DNA of 64,000 nucleotides, from contig MU054220.1 in assembly GCA_013239625.1 (NCBI GenBank), forward strand, positions 3,473,374 through 3,537,373, read 5' to 3'. Made by a program: the position numbers and the translations under genes. Positions 25,194 to 36,800 of the stretch are shown in pieces. This stretch comes from Lama guanicoe. Its lineage: Eukaryota. Every line of letters starts with the position of its first letter. The first letter of the stretch is position 1. The notes under the pieces are model-generated. The model saw only the letters and a list, made by a program, of their open reading frames with translations. It made no database searches and was not told the DNA's origin.

Positions 25194-25356
25194 CAGGGCA
25201 GAACTAGTAAAAGACTAGCCAGGTGCCAGGCATAAACTTTGAAGTTGGTACCCACTCTCCAGGTCATGCCCTTGCAGGACTGGCACCTGAGACTGAGGGC
25301 CTCCTTAAATTTTGCACTCCAGGTGACTCGCTTGCCTTACCCTGGGCTCATCCTTG
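25194..25356. mobile_element. MER96 palindromic MITE (hAT) inside an L2 3' end
   Basis: cagggc...gcctccttaaattttgc..ctcgcttgccttaccctg; 8-bp TSD cctggcat (25186-25193) / cctagcac (25357-25364). Confidence 0.8.
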
Positions 25357-25854
25357 CCTAGCACATGGCATATTCTCAATAGATATTTGCCAAGTAAATT
25401 AATGAACAAATGACCCATGTTGTAACTCACTGCCCCCCGCTAATATGTCCTTCTGGCCTCATTGAGAATCTCAACTCTAAAAGAGAACTCAGAGGGGGAG
25501 ACAGGGTGGGAGGGTTATTGTTCAGAATTCTTTTCTTGGGGCGCTCTCTCATGACCTCTGCCAGGCAGGGTGGGTGAGGCTGGCATTGAGAAGCAGTGAG
25601 AGGTTGATGGAATTAGACTCCTGAGGCCTGGAGTCTGAATTTGATAATAAGCGTAAAGTCTAAACTGTGTGACCACGGGCACATGACTTCAACTCTCTAG
25701 GCCCTAGTGTCTTCTTTGGTAAAAAGGAAAGAATCAAAATTGCTCCAGAGAAATCAATGAGACAAAGGCTGGGTCAAGGCCTTGAAAAGAGCCAAGTGCT
25801 ACAGTTTGTAAGGGATATTAATAGTAAACTGGCTGCCAGAGGCAAGGGGGTGAG

Positions 25855-26048
25855 CAGGAGGAGAGATGAGAGAGGGGATGGAGGGAAGAGAGACCAAAGA
25901 GGGGGGGAAAGAAAGGAGGGAGCAGTGGGCAATAGTAAGAGAATAAAGGCTGAAGGGGAAGAGAGTGAGGAGAGGAAATCAGAGAGAAAAAAAGAAGGTG
26001 GGAAGGGACAAGGAGACTGAGAGACAGAGTGAGAGATGAGGGAGAAGG
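25855..26048. repeat. GA-rich low-complexity tract
   Basis: Strongly purine-biased + strand. Confidence 0.8.
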
Positions 26049-27769
26049 CACTCAGACATTTTTCTAAGTCTTAAATGGTCCTACAAAAACCATCTCCTTA
26101 TGAGAAAAGGATTCATTTGAATCTCAAAATAGAGATGTCTATTGGCTACTTCCTTTCATGTCTTATTTTTCCTTTACATCCCATCTTCGTTATGTAAAAA
26201 AAAAATTGTGATAATTTATAACATAAACCCATACTCAACAGGACATTTGAGCAATCAGAGACTTCAGGAAGAAAGAATGATGCCAATTAAATCCAGATTC
26301 TGTTGCAAGATAGTAATCTAGCTTTCCATTCAGTTCTGAGCCTCCTGGCAGCTAAAGCAAAAAGGGAAACACGATGGGTTACAAGGTATTCATTATTTGA
26401 CACCTATTTATTGACTGCACAGTTAAGTTCTTGCCATTCGTGGAGGGGTCCAGCTGCCTGGAGAACCAGAATCGAGCATGACTGATGTGCATTATGACTC
26501 CCTTCTGTGTCTGCAATGAAGGCCATGGGGACAGGGAGGGAGAAGATAGGATGTGGCAGAATGAACTTCCATTTAGGAAGACAGAGAAAACAGAGGCTTG
26601 TGTCCTTCACTGGGTCCATCTCAACAGGCACTGTCAGGCCTGAGCCAGGTGAAGCTCCAGGAACTGTTTCTGCAGGCAGCTCTGGCCCTGCTTGCCCAGA
26701 GAGGGGCTTGGGGGAGGGGTGGTCGGCAGGCCTCCTGGAGGACTCCAAGCTGCTGGCAATGCTCCCTCTCAGCTGGCTCCTCTGAGTCTGCACACGCAGA
26801 GATTAGGCATGTTGCAAACCCGGCAGTGAGATGCAGACCAAAGAGGAGGGGACAGAATGAAGCTCAGGAGCCTGTGGCTCTGTTTTCACCCTTGGCAGGG
26901 TGCCAGGGTCCTGGAATGCCCAGCAGCCAGTGCGGCCAGAGGACTGGGAGTCTGTACCCACTTGGGGGATCCTAGAGGCTGACATCATGAAAATCTGGCA
27001 GGTCTGCTATTATATCCCCCACAGTACCCTCTATTGTCCCCTCTGATGACAAAGAGACAAGCAGTTAGGGGGCTGGCCCAAGTCACACACTGACCTGGGC
27101 TGGGGACCCCAAGCCCTGGGTCTCAGTCCTGGCTGTGCTGTAAACTTTTTAGGTGACCCTGAGCAAGTTCCTGCCTTGCCCTGAGCCTCAGTTTCCCTTT
27201 CCTGAAAAATAAAAGGTCTAACATGGTTCTTAACAGTAAACCATGGGGGTAATGGTGGGAAAGCATAGAATTATTACAGGGAGTTGTTGAATTTATATAT
27301 CCAAAAAGCACTGCCTATAGAAAGAATAAATTACATGCCTTGAACTTATAAGTAAGACACACTTGCAAATATATGTAGATACTTCTGTGATGAACAAAAG
27401 GTAAATCAATTAAAAAAACATTACTGATTCACAGAATCCTATGTCACCATATGTTTTATTAATCAACTCATACCAGCACAGACACTCACAAGCTATGTGA
27501 CCTTAGGAAAATTCATTCACCGCTCCTACCTTGGTTTCCCCAGCTGTCCAATGGGACTGATATCAGGACTGATATCATAGGGCTGTTTTACATAGCACAG
27601 CACCTGGCATATGATAAATATTAGTTCTCTATAAATATTAGTTCTTTTTATCATCTGTTTTATTTATTATTTTAAAGGTGTAGCACATATCAGGTGGGCA
27701 TATTGGTGAAAATTTTTTGACATTAAATGAGGGCCTTCATAAGCAGTTAATACCCTTAATAGAGAAACA

Positions 27770-29130
27770 CTTTAAATAAATCTATACTATAATATAGATG
27801 TTCGTCCCAGTAGAAAAAACGGAAAAGAAAATGAAAAAGCAATTTGCAAAAGAAAAAAGACAAACGGCCAATGTGCTTTATGGAAAACCACAAAACTTTA
27901 ATACTCAAATAAACATTAATTAAAACAAATAAATATGACTTCTCCTCTATTAAATTGGCAAAGATTAAAAATCAAGATACTAGTCAGATTTGGCAAGAGT
28001 GTAGGGAAAATAACCCTAACGTACCTTACTGGCTGGAATAGAAATCCGTGTGAACTTTCTGCAGGGCAATTTGGCAATGCATATCAAAAGCCTTGAAATG
28101 AGAAAAACCTTTGTAGGAGCAATCCCAAATCTAGGAATTCATCCTAAGGATGAAATTAAGTTGTATGAAAAGATCTACCCACAAGGCTGTCCTCTGCAAC
28201 ACTGAGAAACAGGAAACAACTTAAACCTCAAAAACAGGAGAGAAGCTAATACATAACATACAATGAAATATTAGACAGCAATTAACAATGCTTTAGAAGA
28301 ATATTTATTGACATGGAAACACATGTTCAACAAACTGCTAAAGAAAAATGAAAGTTATGAAGGGAAAGAAGCCAATCTGAAAAGGATGCATCCTGTATGA
28401 TTCCAACTCTATGACATTCTGGAAAAGGCAAAACTATGGGGACAGTAAAAAGATGTGTGGCTGCCTAGGGTTAGAAAGTGGGCAGGGTGAAGAGGCAGAG
28501 TACAGAGGATTTTAAGGGCAGTGAAACTACTCTATATGATGCTCTAATGGTGGATACATGTCATTATATATTTGTCCAAACCTGTAGAATGTATACCACC
28601 AGTGAATCTTACTGTAAACTATGGACTTCGGGGGATAATGATGTCTGTGTAGGTTCGGCTGTTGTAATAAATGTATACGCCTCTAGTGTTAACTGTGTAA
28701 TCAACAAATGAATGCCTGCTGGGGTGGCCAATGGACTGGCCACATAGCTGAGGACAGATGTGTCCGAGCATACCTCCAACTCTTGGAGTCTGGGCTAGTC
28801 CTGAGACTGGTACCAGCTGTCCATCACGGGGGAGGTTGTGCGTGTGTCCGGGCAGGAGGTGTATGGGAACTCTCTACTTTCCTGTGAACCTAAAACTTCT
28901 CTAAAAAATGAAGTCTTTTTTTTTAATGAAAGTTGTGAAAAGACAGATACAAAATAATTCCATATAAAAATATGTATTTAGCTGTATGGATTTGCACACA
29001 CAGGTTTGGGAGCACACATTTTGGGATATCACTAGTGGTTAGTTGTGGGGCCTATGTTAAAGAGAGTTTCCATTTTCTTCTGTTTTGCTTAGGAGAAAAA
29101 AAAGTCACTTAAAAATTGTAAAAAAAAAAC
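27770..29130 (+). mobile_element. Old L1ME-like fragment hosting a younger L1MC-like insertion
   Basis: aaattggcaaagattaaaaa, gggcaatttggcaatgcatatcaaaagcc, ctaggaattcatcctaagga. Confidence 0.7.
28362..28924 (+). mobile_element. L1MC-like 3' end with 15-bp TSD
   Basis: gaaagaagccaatctgaaaagg..tgattccaactctatgacattctggaaaaggcaaaactatgg; TSD aatgaaagttatgaa (28347-28361) / aatgaaagttgtgaa (28925-28939). Confidence 0.88.
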
Positions 29131-30529
29131 CCTCTTCATACTCATTTAGTTGAGAAATTGCTAATAATTGCTTAGAAGATAATATCTAAGATTCTTCCAT
29201 CTTTACTCGCTTTTCATTAGACACTGCAATCTATCCAGTTATTTGGGAGGAAGGAGGAATCAAAATTAAAGACTGAAAACCAGGCATGTAAGTGCCACCT
29301 GACGCATAGTGGGATGAATGAATCCATCAATCAGGCTACCAACTGAGAAATCAGGGCCCCGGATTTCTACCATGAAGCACCTCTGTTTCAATATTTATGA
29401 CTCCCATTTTGTCTAGTAAACATACTGTACAAATTGTGTAACAATTCATTCATTTTCCTAGTCTTTCCAATACACACAGGTTATGTGATAACCAGGGTGA
29501 ACACCCTGGTTAGTTGCTATCATTCTAAGCAAAAGCAAAGAATTCTGGCTCGCTCATTCACTTGTCCTGCTGATTACGGGGAGCTGGGTAATTTTCATTA
29601 TACTTCTTTACGTTCAAAAAATAGCTCGGTGGATAGACTAGTATGCAGAAATGAGACAGAACCATAACTGTACACTGTAGTATGGATGAGTCATGAGGCT
29701 GAGAAAAGAAATGAGACCCCAAGGAGTATATGCTGTATGGCTCAATTTATATGAAGTTTAAAAAAATGAGCAGAACTATGGTAGTTAGAGGTTACTGGCT
29801 ATCCTTGCAAATAACTAGGAAGGGGCAGGAAGGGGGGTCTTAGGGTGCTGGCTATGTTCTATTTCTGGATCTGGGTACTGGTCCCATGGGTGTGTTAAGT
29901 TTGTGAAAATATATTGAACCATGCTATGCATTTTTCTATATGTATTTATATGTCAATAAAAACAAACAAAAATTCTGCAGGGGCCCTAAGGGCAAGGAAC
30001 TCCCATGGGGGGACCTCCAACCCCATCCAGCCCCTGATTTTGCAGCTGGAGGAACTGGGGTCCAGCCAGTGGAAGCTCCGGCCTCAGTCACAGCAGATTA
30101 GGTTTCAGGCCTTTATCTGCACAGCAGTTTCCACTGAGCATCAGGGCCTGTAGAACAGTCTCTCAAGGTGGTTCCTCCTGCAGAACCTTTTAGAGGTAAT
30201 GTGTCAACTCCATTGTGGTAAGACTCTGATAAGGAGTTGAAAGAAGCACTTACGAGTTAAGCAGAGAAGATGGAGAAAAACAGCACCTTTTTTATGAGTT
30301 TGTTTCTTACAGTAGATACCGCTGGTGGCTTACCTGGATCCCTTTCCCCCTTTTCTCCCACTAACGAAGCGGACTTTGTTCAGGTGCTACACTGTCCTCT
30401 CCAGACCGACGGCCCTACCCTCGGGAGAAAGCGCACAGCTGTGGTGGCACGTGGCAGCCGGGTCCTGCGGAAGACCCAGGCAGGAATCACCTCGGGATGC
30501 GGCTGGCAGGGCAGAGCAGAGGAAAGGTC

Positions 30530-31230
30530 TGCTATAGTAATAAGTGTATTTGGTCTTTGTCCCCAGTTCCTGGAGCAGAGCTCCTAAAACCTTTGGAATC
30601 TCCCAACAGGAGCACCTTTTGCTATTCCTAAGGAGCCTCTTGCTGTCACACCTGAGTTTATGCTAATGAGGTGACTTAGGATGGGGCCCCTTGATAGACT
30701 TAGGACGGGGCCAGAAAGACCAGGAGATTAGAGTTAGAACTTTCAGCCCCATCCACTGACCTGGAGCTAAGGTGTGGCGGGGGTGAAGACTGAACACCAT
30801 AAAAATTCTTATACAAGATTCACAGAGCTTCCTGGTTGGTGAACACATCCAGATGCTGGGAGGGTGACGTGCCTGGAGGGGCCATGGGAGCTCCACGTCC
30901 CTCTCCCCAAACCTTGCTCTAGACACTGCTTCCATCTGACTGTTCTTGAGTTGTACCCTTTATAATAACCAAAAATAGTAAAGCACTGTCCTGAGTTCTG
31001 CGAATTGTTCTGGTGAATTATAGAACCTGGGAAGCGGGTCGTGGAGACCCCAGATTAACGTTGGTCAGAAGTATGGGTGGCCCAGGACTTGTGAGTGGCA
31101 TTTGAAGAGGCGATAGTCTTGAGGGAGTGGGCCCTCAGCCTGTGGGATCTGTGCTAATTCCAGATAGTTAGTTTCAGTTGGTGTCGGAGAATCAGAGCAT
31201 GGTTTGGTACTGCAAAACATCTCTGAGACA
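30530..31230 (+). mobile_element. MER21-like LTR
   Basis: ttggtctttgtccccagttcctgg..agagctcctaaaacc, cacacctgagtttatgctaatgaggtgact, gagcttcctggttggtgaacacatc. Confidence 0.8.
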
Positions 31231-31849
31231 TGGTTAAGGCATTAAATCAACTAGTCCTAAAATCTGCCCTACTCCTGTACTCCCTATTTCACTTCTTTTT
31301 ATTCCAGCCAGACTAGGACAGGGTCTCTGTTACGTGCGGCCAATGCCATCCTCACTGGTACCCTGCCCTACCAACAGTGCAGGCCCCACCTACCCGCAGG
31401 TCCAGTCTGGCTGGGATCAGAACTCTGGCTATGCCTCTGTAAGGCATCCACCTCCATGGTGCCTTGGCCTATAAAGGGGCAAATGGAGGCTGCAACATTA
31501 TACCCCCAGTTGCCCCACTCCCCCAAGTCCAAGATCTGACCTGAAGCTATAAACCAAGCTGTCTCCTTCAGGCACTGCTGGTGGGAGTGTAAACTGGTAC
31601 CTCTAGGGAGAGCAGTTTGGCACCGGGAACCTTTCAAAAATGCACATAACCTTCGATCCTGCAATTCCACGTCTAGGAATTTTTCCAAGACACATGTGTA
31701 AGAGTATTCATTGCAGCCCTGTCTGGAATAGCAAAAGACTGGGAACAACCAACATGTCCATATGGATGTTGGTTAAATAAATGATAGCAAATCCATACAA
31801 CAGGCAGCTGTTTCAAAGGAGGGAATAAACTCCGGCCCCTGCTTCTCCT

Positions 31850-32440
31850 CTGCCCCTCCCATCCATTCTCCACACAGTAGTCAGGGCAAACCCTTATAAC
31901 CCAAGTCAGATCAAATGGCCTGCAGTTCAAAAACCTTCATGGAGCCCCAACTCCCGCAGAGCAAACCGCAAAGATCTTCAGTGGCACTCCAGCTGGACCC
32001 AGGCTACCCCTATTCCCTCTGGACCTCATCTCCTACCACTCCCGCTTCACTCCCACCACAGCCACAAAGGCTGCCTTGCTCGGCCTGCTATGAGGCACGC
32101 TGCATCCTGAGACTTTGCACTGGCCGTTCCCTCTGCCTGGAATGCTCTTCCCCCAGAGATCCACAGGGCTCACTCCCTCATGGCCATCAGCCCTTTGCTC
32201 AATATCACATTCTCTGGCCACCTAGATAAAATTGCAACCCCCTGACACTTTCTACCCCTCCTTCCTTGCTTTATTTTCCTCCGGAGCACTATCACTATCA
32301 ACTATATGTAGTTCTTATTTATACTAGTGGCTGGCTGTCCCCCCGACTAGAATGTAAACTCCAGGAAGGCAGAGATGTATGTCTATTTAGTTCATTGCTG
32401 TATCCTCTGCCACTAGAACAGTGCCTGGTGCAAAGTTAAG
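31850..32440 (+). mobile_element. L2a 3' end
   Basis: gttccctctgcctggaatgctcttccccca; ctagaatgtaaactccaggaaggcagaga..agaacagtgcctgg. Confidence 0.85.
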
Positions 32441-32479
32441 CACATGACCCAAAATCAAGGTAAAGAAGCATACGTATCA

Positions 32480-32715
32480 TTTGAGAGGCAGCAGAGAACA
32501 GTGGTTGAGAGCATGGATTCTGGCCCTGGGCTGCCTGGGTTCAACTCCCAACTGCCTCAACCACTGTGTGATGTCCGGGGAGTACCTTAACCCCTCTGTG
32601 CCCAGGAATGTTAATAGCACCTACACGGTAAGGCTGTTACAAGGATTAAATGAGTTAATGTTTGTTATTTACCTAGAATGGTGTCTGGCACGAAGTAAGA
32701 TATATAAATGTGCGC
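32480..32715 (+). mobile_element. MIR
   Basis: cagtggttgagagcatggattctgg..ctgcctgggttcaa..aggattaaatgagttaat. Confidence 0.85.
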
Positions 32716-34189
32716 TATATAAAATAAACGTGCCCTGCTTTAATAAAATTAAAAGGACATACACATTTATATGTGCTTACGTATGCACAGAACAGCTCTG
32801 GGCTATGACGGCTGCTGTTTCTGGGATTGAGGGCTGAGAGAGGAAAGAAACTTACTTCCCACTGAATTTTATGCCAGATGCATGCATTTCTAATTTTAAA
32901 AATAGATTAGTAATGCCTAGAAGTTAGTAACTGTTGAGGCTGGGCGATAGGTATATAGAAGTTCATTATACTCTTCTATCTTTTTTGTAGACTAAAGAGT
33001 TTTAAAATACATATCAGTATTAATAGTTTAAAAAACAAGTTCCAGCCTATCCCACCACTTCCCCTCCCAGCAGGCCAGCAAATAGAACGGAAGGGGAGAC
33101 GGCATCTGCTGATGGGGTGGGGGTAGGCGGCGGGGGGCTCCTTCCAACCACCTGCTGTCCCCATGGAAGGGGACCCTGAAGTCCAAGCAAATTCCCTGAG
33201 GTCCACCTGGCTCCAGGTTTCCCAGCACCAAGTAGACCACAGACAAATAAGGCCGGGGAAGAAGGGGGTGTGCCTGCTGAGGGCCAGGGTCAGGCTGCAA
33301 GCAGTGTAGGGTCTCTGGGCTGAGCTACCAGGGGCTCAGGGAGGCCACACTTGCAGATGTCAAAGCTGTCGAAACGGGAGGATGGGAAGGTCTTGACTGA
33401 AAGACGCCTGGCAATTTACATGCATTTAAGGATAATTAGAGACATTCTGCACTGATTGCTTGCTGAGTGCCAGGCAGAAGCTGGAGACCAGACATATCCT
33501 CTGGTGTCCCCAGCTCCTTACCTCTATGATGCTAATGCAGAAGGCAGAGAGTTTTTAAGCAGGGTGTCCCCAAGTCACACCTGTGGCTCTGAAGGGGCAG
33601 GGGAAGGTGTGCTCTCAAATCTCACTGCATCCTACAGGCTGTTAGAGATGAAAGGTTGCACCCAGGCCTCCTGGTTCAAGCCCCTCCTTTCTAGATGAGG
33701 AAATGGAGGCCCAGAGGGGAAGTGACTTGCCCAAGGCCTCCCAGAGGAAGACTCCAGGAGATACAAACCCACCACCATCTAGTCTGAGCTCGGCAGCCCC
33801 TCCCCCACCCCTCTGTCCTCCCAGCCCCTCTCCACGCTGCACTTACATGTTCTTAGCTTTCTTGCCTCTATACTCCTCCCAACACATCCATGGAGCTGAA
33901 GCCTCTACTTAGCGAGGTAGGATCCTGGTGAAACACCATGTGGCATTTTGGCCACAAGGAAAAGGGTCCCACTGTCTGCACCATGAGACTGGAGGGAAAG
34001 GGCTGCAGGTGGAGGGGCTGAGGACCATCAGGGGCCCAGTGGGGCAGGCGCCAGCCTTCACTTCTCCTGCAGTCTCCTTTTCCTCCCTCCCTTCCTCCCT
34101 GCTTCATCCCGCGCCTGCCCTGCCCACTGGCTGTGTATCCACCCAGTCCTCCCTGGAATTTCAGAATTAAAGAAACCTCAAAAGTCACC

Positions 34190-34363
34190 TAAATCCTTGT
34201 TTCTCCAGGTGTGGTCCTCAGCAGCAGCGGGGGCCATCACATGGTGCTTGTTGGAAATGCAGAGTCCTGAGCTCCACCCCAGATCTTCCGAATCAGAGCC
34301 TGCCTTCAAACAGGAGAATCCCCAAGACATTTGTGTGCACAGTAGAGTTTGAGAAGCACTGGT
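34190..34363. mobile_element. MER5A-like (hAT-Charlie)
   Basis: gtgtggtcc..gcttgttggaaatgcaga..ccaccccaga..gaatcaga..agtttgagaagcactg. Confidence 0.8.
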
Positions 34364-34384
34364 CTAAACTGCAAGCGACTGGAA

Positions 34385-34960
34385 GCTTCAGTGTATATCA
34401 TGACTGAGCATGCACAAGTACCTCTAATGGGGAAGTCACCACCAGGCAACCAGGCAACCACCCCATCTTTAGACAAGAAAGTCGTGTGTGTGTGAGTGTG
34501 TGTGTGAGTATGTGTGTGTGAGTGTGTGTGTGAATATGTGTGTGTGTGCGTATGTGATGGAAGAGGCGGTCCCCCATGGGTCCTGAGCATCCTCTGCAGA
34601 GTTGGTCCAACTGTAACCCTGCACCATCCTCTGACCCTGAGCCATTTCTATGGCTGGTCACATAGGTAACTAAGTAGGTCATGGCAACCACAGCATGAAT
34701 AGTGTACAACTGCTTGCTCCCCAGAGCAGGGGAACTGGCTGGTTGACTATTTGCTACAACAGGTGCCGAGCTCTCAGCCCTAAGTTCTTCCAGTGTGGTG
34801 TAACCCACGGTCACCATCTGGGTTCATCATGTCACCCCATGGGACTTGGGAGCACGGTAACCAGTGCTACCATGCTGATGGTCCTGCTGTCCTGTGCTGG
34901 GAGTAATAAACCGTCTTGCTGATCTGAAGAGTCTTGGCCATGAGTAGCATCTATGCCATG
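34385..34960 (+). mobile_element. ERVL LTR (LTR40-like) with internal (TG)n at 34484-34556
   Basis: gctctcagccct, catgctgatg..ctgctg..tgtgctgggagtaataaa..ctgaagagtct..agcatctatg 3' end. Confidence 0.6.
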
Positions 34961-35789
34961 AGATGGGGGTTCTTCCTTGACTATATGTATGTGTGTAGGT
35001 GTGTCTATATGTCTGTGTGTGCCAGCAGTGGCCATGTATGAAGAAGTAATTAAATATCTTCCCCTGTACTCATGGAAAGGCTCATACATGGGGGCTCATA
35101 CCATGACCTCAGTCTGAGGGGATTCAAAGGGAACCTGGCCCTTCTTGAGTGCCCACCTTGTGCCAGGTGTTCCATTTTTTTTTTATTATCTCACTTAATC
35201 CTCTCCACCACCCTGCAGGGTAGATATAATCTAAAACCCTTTTTACATTTGAGGAAATTGAAGCTCTACCAGCAGCTCAATCTCAAAATAGTAATGAACA
35301 TAAATTATCTGGACACAGGCATTAAAGAAATAAACAAAGAGTGAGATGATTTCTGAGAAAGGTACCTGTGAATTCAAGATGATGGGGGCACTAATGATTA
35401 TGATGACCGTATGTCAAGCTAGTCCAGACAAATGGTGTCCTGGGACTCCTCCCACTGGGCTGACAAGCTCCGCACTGAGGAGGCACTGCGGAACCCTGAT
35501 GCCCCACAGGGAGGTGCACCTGGCAAGGATGGGAGGCCTTCATCCTGGTCCTCCAGGAAGGAGGCAGGAGGGATAAGGACAGGGGTTTTACATGCATTGT
35601 GGAGGACATCCATTCATTCACTCTTGACTTCTGTGTGCTATGGAATGCCAGGCACTGTCCTAGGTGCTGGGAACCTGGGGTGAACTAGGTCCCTGCCCTC
35701 ATGAGGCTTGCAGCCTGGCTAGAACGTCTGAAGGTTTCCCTGCTAGCATCCATTCCCCTTTGTGCCACCAAGCCCCCTGGTGCCCTTGG

Positions 35790-36215
35790 GGAGCCCCCTT
35801 TCCAAAATGCTTCACTTTGATTGGTTGGACTAAAGACCAGACAATCAGCGTCCTACCTGCCCATCGTAGTGAATGGTGCAGGGAAGGGTAAAGGGCCCAG
35901 CCAATCATAAGCTGCAGTTTTGGGGCTTTGGAGGAGTCTGCTGGGAAGAGGAACTGCTGAAAGAATAGAACTTAAGCATGGATCTGCTGGCAGCCAGCCA
36001 CTGCGCTGCCACATATAATAGCCTGCCTATGAATGGAGCCAGTACCAAAGAAAGCAGAGTAGGATAGACAGACTGAATCCTGACGCTACTGTGTGAGCCC
36101 TGGATCCAACGGTGCCTGAAGCCATAGATGCTCCGGACTTCTCAGTTTGCTGAGCCCATAAGTTTCACTTTTGTCTAAACCTGCTTGACTTGAGTTTCTG
36201 TCTGATTGTATTTAG
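35790..36215 (+). mobile_element. Old MaLR LTR (MLT1K/L-like)
   Basis: tgagccctggatccaacggtgcctgaagcc..ggacttctcagtt..ttgagtttctgtc. Confidence 0.6.
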
Positions 36216-36541
36216 TCCTTTTGACAAGCTACTGAGTACAGTTTCACTTTACTTGTTTTTCAGATAGGAACTGGAGGCTCAGAGAGCTTAAGTGGCTTGA
36301 ACAAGGCTGCAGAGCAGTTGTCTGGAGTCTATCCAAGTCAAAGCCCACGCCCTTTCCACTACTGCAGGGTGGCAGCCTAGTGTTGATGGTGACAAACTGC
36401 AATCAAGGTGGGGAGCTAGGGGAGGGACTTCCATGGTGGGGAGTGAAGGGACCTTCTAGGAGAGGTGGCTCCAGAGGGATGATTAGAACAAGAACGTGTT
36501 CTAACTAGAGACAGGCCTGTAGAGAGGCAGCAGAAGCAAGG

Positions 36542-36800
36542 ATCCACAGCTCACAAACTGGTGGTTGAGCTTTATTTTTCCAGTTTTTTTTTCTTTTTTC
36601 ATTTTTGCTTTTGTTGCCAACTTTGAAGAAAAGAAGATTTCATGTCAAAATGTGGATGTTTAGCTTTTCTGACAAATCAGAAGCACTAGCAACACAGGCA
36701 GGCAGTCCCCTGTGGCAATGATCTGCTGGAGCAAGGTGGTGGTGACCCTGATCAAACGAGCAGGGCACTTACTTTCCAGATCTCCAGCCGGCCTTTGTCA
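36542..36800. mobile_element. MER102-like hAT element
   Basis: gccaactttgaa..agatttcatgtcaaaatgtggatg..aaatcagaagcactagcaacac..tggcaatgatctgctggagc. Confidence 0.65.
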
